A stretch of DNA of 64,000 bases from Candidatus Latescibacterota bacterium (lineage in GTDB: Bacteria; Latescibacterota; UBA2968; GCA-2709665), in assembly GCA_965208835.1 (NCBI GenBank), contig OZ242358.1, forward strand, positions 2,720,001 to 2,784,000, given 5' to 3'. Made by a program: the position numbers and the translations under genes. Positions within the stretch are counted from its first letter, which is position 1. The number at the start of each line of letters is the position of its first letter. Below, in pieces: positions 39,942-49,573 of this stretch. The notes below the pieces were generated by a model. That model was not told the DNA's origin. It ran no database searches and was given only the letters and a program-made list of their open reading frames with translations.

Positions 39942-39978
39942 AAAAAAAAGGGGCTTCCTTCAAGGAAGCCCCTGCTTT
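39942..39978. terminator. Terminator between convergent genes
   Basis: A8-GGGGCTTCCT-TCA-AGGAAGCCCC-TGCTTT. Confidence 0.75.
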
Positions 39979-39997
39979 GGAAATGACGCGTACGCGG

Positions 39998-41305
39998 TCA
40001 GTTTACAAAAGCATTGTATATGGCGCTTACAGCGCGCTTGTAGTCCGCCTCTTCCACACCGACGATGATGTTGATTTCGGACGCGCCCTGGTCGATTACC
40101 CGGACGTTGACGCGTGCGTCAGCGAGCGCGGTGAACAAACGGGCGGCGATTCCGATCCGTTGCGACATGCCTTCGCCAACCGTTGCGATGAGCGCCAACC
40201 CCCGTAGCAGTTCCACGCGGTCCGGCTGCAGGATCCGTTGGATATCGTCGACGAGCCGCTCGCCTTTCCTGCCCAGTTGGTCGTCACGCATGATAACCGA
40301 CATGGTATCGATGCCGGACGGGGTATGTTCGTAACTGATATCGTGCGAAGCAACCACTTCGAGTACCTGACGGCCAAACCCCTTCTGCTGGTTCATCATT
40401 GCCTTTTCAATAAAAAGCATCGTAAATGCCGGCTGCCCGGCCACGCCGGCAATGAGAGCGTCTGTCAGTTCCCTGCTCGCCAGGATGCGGGTTCCGGGAT
40501 CCCCGGGCCGGTTTGTGTTGCGAATGTGGATGGGAATCCCGGCCACACGCACGGGAAACATGGCTTCGTCGTGGAAAACGGACGCCCCCATATACGCCAG
40601 TTCCCGGACCTCGCGATACGTAATTTCACGAACCGGACGCGCATCCGGAACCAGGCCGGGATCCGCCATCAGCAGGCCCGATACGTCGGTCCAGTTCTCG
40701 TAGACCTCGGCATCGACCGCCCGCGCCACAATGGCGCCGGTGATATCGGAACCGCCTCGTGAAAACGTCCTTGCCGCGCCGCCGGGATCGCTGCCGTAGA
40801 AGCCGGGTACGACGTACATCCCGCTGCTGTCGACCCGTTCACGGATGAGGCGGTAACTTGCTGGGTCCAGCTCGCCGTCCGTGCGAAAACGGATGGCATC
40901 CGCCGCGTCGATGAAGGTTGCGCCCATATAATCGGAAATCAACCGACCACACAGATACTCTCCCCTCGATGCGACAAAGTCCCTGGATGCTCCGTTATCG
41001 ATATTCGTCTTCAACTCGTCGAGCAACCGCCCGATATCGAGCGAGATACCCAGCCTGGCCGCCAGTTCTTCGTATCTCGCGCGCACAATAGCGTAGGGCT
41101 CGGAAAAATCCAGATTCTGCCTGGCCAGTTCGTGGCACAGGTAGAGCAGGTCTGTAATCTTCGTGTCCTCATCATTGCGCTTGCCAGGGGCCGAGGGCAC
41201 AATAAGACGCCGTCGCGCATCGGATTCGACAATCCTCTTCACCTGTGCCATCTGCCGGTCGTCCGCCAGCGAACTCCCGCCGAATTTGCACACGACCGTT
41301 CCCAT
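39998..41305 (-). CDS. lysC: Aspartate kinase
   Basis: KFGGSSLA, SAPGKR, TFSRGGSDITG, WTDVSG, C-terminal ACT domains. Confidence 0.93.
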   Translation of the reverse strand: MGTVVCKFGGSSLADDRQMAQVKRIVESDARRRLIVPSAPGKRNDEDTKITDLLYLCHELARQNLDFSEPYAIVRARYEELAARLGISLDIGRLLDELKTNIDNGASRDFVASRGEYLCGRLISDYMGATFIDAADAIRFRTDGELDPASYRLIRERVDSSGMYVVPGFYGSDPGGAARTFSRGGSDITGAIVARAVDAEVYENWTDVSGLLMADPGLVPDARPVREITYREVRELAYMGASVFHDEAMFPVRVAGIPIHIRNTNRPGDPGTRILASRELTDALIAGVAGQPAFTMLFIEKAMMNQQKGFGRQVLEVVASHDISYEHTPSGIDTMSVIMRDDQLGRKGERLVDDIQRILQPDRVELLRGLALIATVGEGMSQRIGIAARLFTALADARVNVRVIDQGASEINIIVGVEEADYKRAVSAIYNAFVN

Positions 41306-41417
41306 ATACCGGTTCGACCTCCTTGCTGCGCCCGATCGCCATCCGGTACCTTGTGTTGTCGGTTTCGGTGGCGGGCGTCCTCGATTTTTTATGCAATAAC
41401 CGTGAATGTCCCCGACA

Positions 41418-42338
41418 CTACGCGGGATTCCGCTTCTGATACAGGCGAAGCTCCTTCAGCAAATCCTTCGCGGGGGTGAGTCCCGGGTCGATTCGCAATG
41501 CTTCGTTCAGAGCGTCGATCGCCTCTTGCAGGTCGGAAGACTGTTGACGCCGTTCGGACAACCGCCAGAAGCACAGACCGATGACATGATGCGCCCTGGC
41601 TCTGTTCTCTTTTTCGAGGAACTCGTAATCCAGTGCTTTCCTGGCAAGATCGACACCTTCCTCGTAACGGGCCGACCTGAACGTGTAATACGAGGCAAAA
41701 ACCCTTGCATGGGCAATCGCGTCGTCTCCTACGCCATATTCCAGACCTCGACTCACAATCTGAAGCGCTTCGGCATACCTTCTGGCGACTTCAAGCATGC
41801 GCGCAACATCCGTAGCCTGGCGACACAATTTGTCTCTCCAGGCTTTGTCCTGCTCCGTCGGACGAAACTCGTACTTCGACCAGAGACTGTCCTGCTGCCC
41901 CCAGATTTCTATCACACTCCGGATAACATCGGGTTCTCGAGTCATGGCACCCCTTCGGGAGGCCAGATACGTACTGTTGTAGAAGTGACGACCCAGCGTC
42001 CGGACAACCGGCGGGTATCCGGGTGCGACCGAATCCACCCGCGAATAGAGTGGCACCCTCTGGCCTGCGCCGAGGGAATCAGATCCCGCCAGCAGTGCCC
42101 GGGCCTTCACAAGCTGGCCATGCCTCACTGCAGCTTTCCTTCCGGACGACGTATCCCCGTATTCCTCGGCAATCCCGGCATATTGTTCGATCGTCTGGGG
42201 CAGGGAATCCACCTGTTCTTCCAGGTCTCTGAATACGACATAATACAGCCGCTGTGCCCTCTTCTCTCTGCGCGCGGCTTCGTTGTCACATCCGGCACAT
42301 AGTGCCAGACACAGGATTACAGGAATCACTCTCGTCAT
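41418..42338 (-). CDS. TPR-containing lipoprotein
   Basis: Lipobox LCAGC; C-terminal TPR-like helices. Confidence 0.7.
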   Translation of the reverse strand: MTRVIPVILCLALCAGCDNEAARREKRAQRLYYVVFRDLEEQVDSLPQTIEQYAGIAEEYGDTSSGRKAAVRHGQLVKARALLAGSDSLGAGQRVPLYSRVDSVAPGYPPVVRTLGRHFYNSTYLASRRGAMTREPDVIRSVIEIWGQQDSLWSKYEFRPTEQDKAWRDKLCRQATDVARMLEVARRYAEALQIVSRGLEYGVGDDAIAHARVFASYYTFRSARYEEGVDLARKALDYEFLEKENRARAHHVIGLCFWRLSERRQQSSDLQEAIDALNEALRIDPGLTPAKDLLKELRLYQKRNPA

Positions 42339-42461
42339 TGCGCATTGCTCCCCGGTTTATTTCTCTGGCGCCCTGAATCGGTGCAGTCTGACGGGCGGCA
42401 GGTCACTACGTTCGCAACGTTTTGTGAACTGTTGTATTCAAGACATCTGTATACGACGAGT

Positions 42462-43430
42462 CTACTCGATGTCCGCTCGAATCGGCATCTCCAATGCACC
42501 CTTCCTGCCGATTTTGTCGATCAATCTCCGATTGAATTCTCGAGCCGTATGGTAACCCTGAATCTTCAGCTGGTAGTTCAACGCGATGGCCTCGGCAATT
42601 ACCGTGATATTCTTTCCCGGATAGATCGGTACGGTTACCTGTGGAACCTCAACGTCGAGAATTGACACCCAGTCCTCCTCCAACCCCACGCGTTCGTAGG
42701 ATTCGGTCTCGTCCCATTCCACAAGCTGGACCACGACCTCGACCCGTTTCTGAATTCGAAAAGCGGCGATACCGAACATGTGCCTGACGTTCAGAATACC
42801 CAGACCGCGGACCTCCATGTGATCGCGAAGCGTATCGCCGGAGGTGCCAACGAGAATGCCCTGGAGCTTTCTGGATACAAGCACGATGTCGTCGGCAACC
42901 AGGCGATGCCCGCGCTCGACGAGGTCCAATGCAATTTCACTCTTGCCGATACCGCTTCGACCGGTAAACAGCAGACCGATTCCGTAGACATCGACGAGAG
43001 ACCCATGGATGGCTGTCCGGGGTGCGAATATGTCGTCCAGATAGTACGAGAATAGATGGGAGAACTTCGTGGTAGAAAATGGGGTAACCATCAGCGGAAT
43101 CCCACGCTGTCCGGCCAGATGCACCATGGACTGCGGTACCTCGTTTCCGTCGGTAACCACCACACACGGGATGTCGAACTGAAACACGGTCTCCAGTACC
43201 GTGCGGAGTCTGCGGGGTGAGAGGCCATCGAGGTACAACATTTCCGAGTTGCCCAGTACCTGCGCGCGATCGAACGTAAACAGCCCCACAAAGCCGGTGA
43301 GCACGAGACCGGGTCGGTGCACATCGCTCGACGTCAGCGTCTTGTCCGTGCTGTCTTTGCCGGCGATCAACTTCAGGGCGAGTTTTTCGCCGAACTGTTC
43401 CAGGACTTCGGCGATCGTGATTTCCTGCAC
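42462..43430 (-). CDS. hprK: HPr(Ser) kinase/phosphorylase
   Basis: HGSLVDVYG, GRSGIGKSE, GHRLVADD, MEVRGLG; GTG start after GGAG. Confidence 0.95.
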   Translation of the reverse strand: MQEITIAEVLEQFGEKLALKLIAGKDSTDKTLTSSDVHRPGLVLTGFVGLFTFDRAQVLGNSEMLYLDGLSPRRLRTVLETVFQFDIPCVVVTDGNEVPQSMVHLAGQRGIPLMVTPFSTTKFSHLFSYYLDDIFAPRTAIHGSLVDVYGIGLLFTGRSGIGKSEIALDLVERGHRLVADDIVLVSRKLQGILVGTSGDTLRDHMEVRGLGILNVRHMFGIAAFRIQKRVEVVVQLVEWDETESYERVGLEEDWVSILDVEVPQVTVPIYPGKNITVIAEAIALNYQLKIQGYHTAREFNRRLIDKIGRKGALEMPIRADIE

Positions 43431-43496
43431 ACGGCGCTCCGCTGTTGGGCGTGGTGGCGAGCCCGGCGACGAGGACGGCAATGGCGGCACGCCTAT

Positions 43497-43624
43497 CAGC
43501 CCGATCGAAAAGTCCGTACAGGCAACGGCCGGCCCTTGCGGTCGAACTACTTTGTTGCGCTCCCACGCCGATTCGCTCGGATTCGACTCGGTCGCGACTG
43601 CAGAGCGACTCTATCAACGGACTG
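43497..43624. mobile_element. Miniature inverted-repeat element (family A), inverted relative to the 26184 copy
   Basis: Ends CAGCCCGATCGAAAAGTC and GACTCTATCAACGGACTG; CTAT direct repeats at 43493-43496 and 43625-43628; shares CGGCCGGCCCTTGCGGTCGAA and CTGCAGAGCGACT with the 26184 copy. Confidence 0.72.
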
Positions 43625-43701
43625 CTATGCCCGGGGCTGCGTTGGTCAAGCCACGGGCCAACGCACATAACCTTTAAAATAATAGGTTCTTGCAGGATCC
43701 G

Positions 43702-43730
43702 AATATATACCAAAACACTACGCCTGTCAA
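43702..43730 (-). promoter_or_regulatory. Sigma70-type promoter for hprK
   Basis: Minus strand TTGACA-17 nt-TATATT. Confidence 0.6.
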
Positions 43731-43846
43731 GAAGATGGGTCATATAGATAAGGGAGTTCGAGCTTGACTTGGTACCGACTTGCGGCTATACTCCGTGCAC
43801 GGTTTCACCACCATTGCAATTGTCCGCAGGGAGACGGGTGCAGCCC

Positions 43847-45055
43847 ATGAGAGTCATCGCCAGCTTCTACCTCATCTACATCGTTTGCCTGATCTGCCGC
43901 AGCCTGTTCGTGCGTCGCAGGCTTGCGGCGCCCCTGGACAGTCTGAGAGCGACCCACCTTCATTTTGTTCCGATCGGCATCGCCGTTGGGATCGTCCTGA
44001 CGATGGACCACGATCTTGCTGCTGTCGCGGTCGACATACAAAGGGAACTACTGGGCGTCATTCTGGTCTGGCTCGGTATTGACACGGGCCTTCGGTTCGA
44101 TTTTCGGCGCCTTGGCAGGCGTGCTTCGCGGCACCACGTGCTTGAAGGGCTACAGGTTGCGGGAACCGCCGCACTTGTCTTTTTTCTCGCCCTCTTGTGG
44201 AGGCCGGTATTGCGATATCAAATGGGTATTGCGGTCGAACCCGCCCTTGTTGCTCTGCTCCTGGGCGCGCTGGCAACCACACTCCGAATGCCGGATCGGA
44301 TCTTTTACGTCCGGTCCGAACTCGAAACACCCGACGTCGACAATTCACCTGCGGGACCTCTCATCACCAATGCGGCCGGGATGACGCTTCTTACGGTCCT
44401 CTATCCCTATTGTGCGGGTGTCACCGTTGTCGAACTGGGACCGTTCACCTTGGTGAACACCAGCAGCTTCTGGGCGTTGTACGCGTGTGCGGGAATCCTT
44501 TTGGGGCTGCTGCTTACGTTTGTCTTCAGCACGTTTCAGGAGGATGCCTTGTGCGCGATTGTTGCAACCGGTATCGTCGGCACGTTCGGCGGACTCTGCA
44601 CGGGAAAGGCAATTCCCGGAATTGTCGTGGGATTCGTAGCGGGGGTATGGTTCATCAATACCACCACGCGGCGACGGGATGCGCTTGAAATCCTGGAGAA
44701 AACGACCGGTATTCTGCAACCCGTCTTCTTCCTGGTTATCGGCGGCCTGCTTGCGACACAGAACCTTACCGTTTTGCGACTGACGGCTTTCGCCTTTTTG
44801 TTTCTGGTCGCCAGAAGTCTGGCGAGGGGTATCAGCCTGACGGTTGCCGCCCGGGTGACGCGCTGCCATCTCTCACTGGCCGAAATCATCGGCTCTGCGC
44901 TGAGGCCGCTCGGGACGTTGTCTGTCGCCCTTGCAGCTCAGCTGCTGCTGTTGGACTCGGGGCCCAACCTCTACGCCCTGATCGCCGCCATCCTGGTTGT
45001 TGCCGCTATTGGCCAGGTGAGTCCATTGCCCAAACCTCGAGACGTTTCCGCCTGA
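43847..45055 (+). CDS. Multi-pass membrane protein, cation:proton antiporter-like
   Basis: About 12 hydrophobic segments; WLGIDTGLRFD and PVFFLVIG resemble CPA2 motifs. Confidence 0.6.
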   Translation: MRVIASFYLIYIVCLICRSLFVRRRLAAPLDSLRATHLHFVPIGIAVGIVLTMDHDLAAVAVDIQRELLGVILVWLGIDTGLRFDFRRLGRRASRHHVLEGLQVAGTAALVFFLALLWRPVLRYQMGIAVEPALVALLLGALATTLRMPDRIFYVRSELETPDVDNSPAGPLITNAAGMTLLTVLYPYCAGVTVVELGPFTLVNTSSFWALYACAGILLGLLLTFVFSTFQEDALCAIVATGIVGTFGGLCTGKAIPGIVVGFVAGVWFINTTTRRRDALEILEKTTGILQPVFFLVIGGLLATQNLTVLRLTAFAFLFLVARSLARGISLTVAARVTRCHLSLAEIIGSALRPLGTLSVALAAQLLLLDSGPNLYALIAAILVVAAIGQVSPLPKPRDVSA

Positions 45056-45079
45056 GGTGAAACGTACGGAAGGCATCGC

Positions 45080-46300
45080 ATGAGGCGGTTTCTGATCTGC
45101 GTCATTCTTTGCGTGGTGGTGTGGGGAGCCCAACACGACTTTCCGCATTCGATTCAGCCCGTGGTATATGTCGGTCTCATGCTGGTCGTACCGTTGACGC
45201 TTGCAGGCACGCTTTCAGGTTCAGGCATTCCCTTCCACATCATACCCCTGGCGCTGGGATTCCTGGCCAGCGGCATCGGAATCCGGCACACAGAGGAATT
45301 CGCTACAGCCGCGCCACTTGCTGAACTTGCGCAGGTCTGGGTAGGCCTGTATCTCGGAACCAAATTTTCGTATCGCAGGTTCTTCAGCAAAAATCTCGGT
45401 GTGACCGCGTTGATCTCCACGGGCGCGACGCTCGTCCCAGCCTTTCTGGCGTTATTCCTGTTACTGGACCTTCCGGTCGTCCAGGCAATCCGCATGGGTA
45501 TACTTGCCGGAATGTCCGGACCGATCATCACGCTTATCTCGCAACCTGATCGAAGGGAGGCCCTTTCCCTTTCCGTCCTGGTCACGATGTTAGGGCTTTC
45601 GTTCTGGTTCATCGCCGATCTCATCGTGCGCACTCCGGACCTTTATCGGGCCGTCCCGTCCGCGATAGTGTGGGCGGTGGGCGTCGAACTCATAGCAAGG
45701 ATGACTCGCACGATCAGAACCGGCAAGGGCGGACAGGTCCTGTTCGGCGCAATCGTGGCGACGCTTTTCGTATGTGCTCAAGCAATGCAGATTTCCCCAT
45801 TCTTTCTGGCGCTCGTGACCGGTGTGGGCGTGTCCGCCCGGTCAGGGAAGTCCGGTCACGGGCTGAAGGGGATGGCTTCACTTTCGGTCCCTCTCTCACA
45901 CGTTGTACTCGCGTACTTTGCGGCCGGCCTTGACCTTTCCGGCCTCCTGGAACTGTACTCGCTCCACTGGGAGATTTTGGCCATCTACGTGGCCGCGATG
46001 CTCATGGGCAAGACCGCCGGCGGACTGTCCGCCATGCGTTATGCCCGTCTATACGTTCGAGACTGGTTGCAATTGCTCCCTCAGGGGTTCGTCGTGTTCG
46101 TTCTTCTGCACGAAGTTTTCCCACCAGCGATGGAGCCGGCCTTGCGCAACGGGCTGACCGCCGGCGTGGTCCTCTGTTGCGGCATTGTCATCCCCGTGAT
46201 GGCGGCTCCCATTCTCTTCCTGTACGAGCGCATGGATCGCAGGCGCATTCAGGCGTCCTCGAGACCGGGCGGTCCGGGGGAATCACAAAAGCCATCCTGA
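45080..46300 (+). CDS. Multi-pass membrane protein, cation:proton antiporter-like
   Basis: About 12 hydrophobic segments; YFAAGLDL, GKTAG, LLPQG. Confidence 0.6.
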   Translation: MRRFLICVILCVVVWGAQHDFPHSIQPVVYVGLMLVVPLTLAGTLSGSGIPFHIIPLALGFLASGIGIRHTEEFATAAPLAELAQVWVGLYLGTKFSYRRFFSKNLGVTALISTGATLVPAFLALFLLLDLPVVQAIRMGILAGMSGPIITLISQPDRREALSLSVLVTMLGLSFWFIADLIVRTPDLYRAVPSAIVWAVGVELIARMTRTIRTGKGGQVLFGAIVATLFVCAQAMQISPFFLALVTGVGVSARSGKSGHGLKGMASLSVPLSHVVLAYFAAGLDLSGLLELYSLHWEILAIYVAAMLMGKTAGGLSAMRYARLYVRDWLQLLPQGFVVFVLLHEVFPPAMEPALRNGLTAGVVLCCGIVIPVMAAPILFLYERMDRRRIQASSRPGGPGESQKPS

Positions 46301-46348
46301 GGTGGGATGGCCAAGCTTCTCTAGACGATTCCTGCTGTCTATCGTCCA

Positions 46349-47596
46349 CTAATTCAACCAGCCAGACAAGGAAAAAGTCTGCATGACAAAACGCTCAGAA
46401 GCCCCGTGTGTGGTCACGTCACCTCGTCTTCCAAACTCGATTACATATCGAAAACTGCCGGCGCTACGGGTCTCGAACGGCAGTGAAATACCCAGGCTTA
46501 CACCTAGCTCACCGATCTGCGAGTTTCCGCCGGTCTTGAAATAGAGCGACCGATAGTGAGCACCCGCCGTCAATTCGATTCGTCGACGCGTTCTGCGGCT
46601 ATCAGGATTGCCCAAACGGTAAAGGACACCGCCCGCCAGGTCGGTAGTGTTGTACCGTCCCGGCTCTGTTTTTTCCCAGAAAGCCCGCTCGAAATCGAGT
46701 GCCGCCAGCCAGCGATTCCCAGGCCGGTATGCCAGCCCGACACCGATACTGGCCGGCATCTTCAAATCAAGCGTCGAACGAGTTTCCTCTTCAAAACCGA
46801 CTTCCGCGAAGAAATTTCGTAGAATGCGTGTCTGCGTGATGGTCGCGGGAGCCCGGAACGAGGCGCCGAAGTACCATTTCCCGCCCCGCCTATATACGGC
46901 GCCAAGCGTGGGCTGCGCCCCGCTGTGCGTCCGAACATATCGATCCTCGCTATTGAGGTGTTCAGAAATCTGCCGGTTATTGAAGTCCAGCAGAACAGAT
47001 CTCAAATCTCCGTCCGGCCCGACGGATCCGAAGTCTTTCGTCCACGTCTCCTTGATCGTTCCGATGGAGATGATACTCAGGTTGCCGCCCAGCAGAAAAC
47101 GCCCCCATCCGTGAGCCAGTCCTATCGTAAACGCCTGTATGCCGCCGGTTGCGTTCACACGCAACTCGTAGGGAACCGCCGTGGTGCTGACGGTTCTGAC
47201 GAGATCGAAATCCAGGTCTGTCAATGGCTCGAGGCCCGCCCCAAGGACAATTCCATTCCGAACGGGCAGCACAAGCTGGAATGCGCCAATATCACCGTCG
47301 GAGACCACGTGCCGCCGCTGCCCGTCATCAAGTGAACGGCGTTGTACAAAAAATCGACTCTGCAGACCGGCGCGCGAGAAAGCGGCCAGAAGCGCAGGAT
47401 TCGCCGAACTGAAATTCAGACTGTCGGCAAGCGCGCGACCTGCGCCTCCCATACCCCTGGCTCGCACGTCGACACGACGTTCGGTATCTCCGACGCCATT
47501 GAAGGAGAAGATGGACTTCGCAGCGGGCGAGTCCACCCATGCACCCAGGGAAAGAAAGCTGAGCAACGCAAATGAAATTCTGCAGAAACGGTTCAC
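46349..47596 (-). CDS. Outer-membrane beta-barrel protein (FadL/PorV-like)
   Basis: Signal peptide; RARGMGGAG...NPA plug motif; alternating beta strands; aromatic residue near the C-terminus. Confidence 0.72.
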   Translation of the reverse strand: MNRFCRISFALLSFLSLGAWVDSPAAKSIFSFNGVGDTERRVDVRARGMGGAGRALADSLNFSSANPALLAAFSRAGLQSRFFVQRRSLDDGQRRHVVSDGDIGAFQLVLPVRNGIVLGAGLEPLTDLDFDLVRTVSTTAVPYELRVNATGGIQAFTIGLAHGWGRFLLGGNLSIISIGTIKETWTKDFGSVGPDGDLRSVLLDFNNRQISEHLNSEDRYVRTHSGAQPTLGAVYRRGGKWYFGASFRAPATITQTRILRNFFAEVGFEEETRSTLDLKMPASIGVGLAYRPGNRWLAALDFERAFWEKTEPGRYNTTDLAGGVLYRLGNPDSRRTRRRIELTAGAHYRSLYFKTGGNSQIGELGVSLGISLPFETRSAGSFRYVIEFGRRGDVTTHGASERFVMQTFSLSGWLN

Positions 47597-47618
47597 GTGC
47601 CACCTCGCAGAAACGTGC

Positions 47619-48788
47619 CTATGGATCGGGAGGTGTCGAATAGATCAACTTCAACATCGGACTGTGGAATACGACCCAGTTGATATCCCAGTTCCGGCTG
47701 TCGGTGATCGGGGTGCTGAGCGCCATACCCATATTGCGCGTCGTTCCCGACAGCCAGCCCTGGACCATGCTCTGATCCACGGCGTATGACACCGTCTGTT
47801 CGTCGAACCGCCACGTATTGACGAGGGAGAACGTGGTATCTCCTGAAGCCTGATTGACGTTGATCCGTTCGACCGAAAACACAAAATCACCGAACATGGA
47901 TTGCGACCGATCGAAATTCAACCTCAATTCCGAAGACGTAACCGTCGCTCCCCTCGGAATGCTGTCCGGCAGTTCGAAGCGAAATACTGGGCTCAGCCGT
48001 ACAATGGTAGACAGCACCAGCATCCCGGGTTCGGGCCCATCACGGGCCGCCCAGTACGTATCTTCCGACACAACAGCGACGTGTGTGTATGTGTTACCGT
48101 CGATCGAAAACGTCAATCGCATCTCCGGAAGCCTGGTGATGTTTTCAGTAAGTGCATCGTCTCGCGACACCAGGCTCGTGAAAAACCTGGCGCCAGCGGC
48201 AGGCTCCAACAGGACATCGACCGCTTCGGCATCGGGATTCTCCTGTACAACCGACCACAGGTACGCGGGCGGCAGATCGATTTGAATCAGGCTGTCGCCC
48301 AGAGACGCCGCAGTTGCCCCTTCGATCGCGGTTGACGCAAGGTCCGACGCGGTGTGCCTTAGCGTGTCGACGAACTCGTCCAACTCACTCCACGCCTGGT
48401 CTGGACGCCGTATCTCCAGCACCTCGGAACCTCTGGAGGTCGCTCTCTTCCAGATCCGGATTCGGACGGCAAGAACGTCCAGCTCAGACTCTCTGGAGCC
48501 ACCCGCGGCCAACAGAAGCGAATCGGCATCCAGCCTGAATCTGAACAGCGAACGGAACACGAGACCGCTCGTCCGACCGACCATCAGCCGGGAGTCATTT
48601 CCGAATCCGCGGCTGAAAGTACCCTCGAACCGGGTCGAGCCGCCAACGGAAGGCAGCAGCGGAAGTTCGATCACGCGGCCCTGCCCTCGGGAAACCAGAT
48701 CCGAACCGACCGGATTCTCCTGTCTATCGCCACATCCTGACAGCAGCGATGTAATCAGCACTGCCGCGCAGAGTTGCCGCCTGCACAT
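47619..48788 (-). CDS. Lipoprotein (DUF4270-like), co-transcribed with the OM barrel
   Basis: Lipobox LSGC, NPVGSDL, terminal PMLKLIYS. Confidence 0.65.
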   Translation of the reverse strand: MCRRQLCAAVLITSLLSGCGDRQENPVGSDLVSRGQGRVIELPLLPSVGGSTRFEGTFSRGFGNDSRLMVGRTSGLVFRSLFRFRLDADSLLLAAGGSRESELDVLAVRIRIWKRATSRGSEVLEIRRPDQAWSELDEFVDTLRHTASDLASTAIEGATAASLGDSLIQIDLPPAYLWSVVQENPDAEAVDVLLEPAAGARFFTSLVSRDDALTENITRLPEMRLTFSIDGNTYTHVAVVSEDTYWAARDGPEPGMLVLSTIVRLSPVFRFELPDSIPRGATVTSSELRLNFDRSQSMFGDFVFSVERINVNQASGDTTFSLVNTWRFDEQTVSYAVDQSMVQGWLSGTTRNMGMALSTPITDSRNWDINWVVFHSPMLKLIYSTPPDP

Positions 48789-48886
48789 ATTCCTGTACCT
48801 CGTGACCTCGCCATTTCAATGAAGCTTGTTTTCTTCATCCTGTAACGCTTGATGCACTGAATCGTTCCGGTCCGAATGCCTGCTGA

Positions 48887-48953
48887 CTGTCCGTTGACAA
48901 AGTCGCTCTGCAGGCGAGGCCTAGTGTCCCGTCCCGGAATTGTGTCGCCATTC
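48887..48953. repeat. Partial copy of the family A element
   Basis: 48889-48953 matches 26186-26250 at 57 of 65 positions (hand count); second TIR not found. Confidence 0.75.
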
Positions 48954-48972
48954 ATTGCGCCGAAACAGAACG

Positions 48973-49497
48973 TCAATGGACCCGCTCAATCAGAATGTCG
49001 GCCTGCTGTTCACCGGCGGCAATCGGATTCTTCACACACGCACCCTCCATATCGCCGGGTTGCATTCCTACGAAGCCATCCCGGTCGATTTTGGCTACTA
49101 TATACATCTCGGGAATCTCGGCCAGCACGATTCCGTCTCCGAACATCCTCGCGACGTCGGATTGGGTGAGGGTATATTCGTACGGGAACGGGGGCATACG
49201 CATGCGTTTCAGGGCATACGGCGGGCCTCCGTCCGGCCGCTCTCGCGCAATGATATACAGATAGGCGCGGCCAGGGATTTGGGACTGCAGTTCCGGCTTG
49301 ATCCGTATGGTGCCGCGTACTGTTTTTCCCTCCGGCGCATCGGACGGTTCCCGGGACGCTGCGACGGGTGGATGCCCCTCCGGCAGCGTGGGCTGTCGTG
49401 GCTTCGGCGGCGGATGCGCGCCTTCCCTGTAATGTTGATCGCACGCGCACAGGACCAGCAGCCCTGCCAGAACTGGAAAGATTCGTGTCGTATACAT
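48973..49497 (-). CDS. Lipoprotein with CcmI/CycH C-terminal-like domain
   Basis: Lipobox LCAC, LPEGHPP, LYIIAR...GGPPYALKR...FPYEYTL...AKIDRDG...PGD. Confidence 0.65.
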   Translation of the reverse strand: MYTTRIFPVLAGLLVLCACDQHYREGAHPPPKPRQPTLPEGHPPVAASREPSDAPEGKTVRGTIRIKPELQSQIPGRAYLYIIARERPDGGPPYALKRMRMPPFPYEYTLTQSDVARMFGDGIVLAEIPEMYIVAKIDRDGFVGMQPGDMEGACVKNPIAAGEQQADILIERVH

Positions 49498-49515
49498 CGT
49501 GAGTTGATGCCGCAC

Positions 49516-49549
49516 AAAAAAACGGGCCGGACTTGCACAAGCCGGACCG
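49516..49549 (-). terminator. Terminator downstream of map
   Basis: Minus strand CGGTCCGGCTTG...AGTCCGGCCCG followed by T7. Confidence 0.6.
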
Positions 49550-49573
49550 GAGGCGCAAAATGTCATCCCGAGG

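Noticed and set aside
41306-41417. Lysine riboswitch upstream of aspartate kinase
   Set aside because: Intergenic region is only about 110 nt and lacks the L-box consensus
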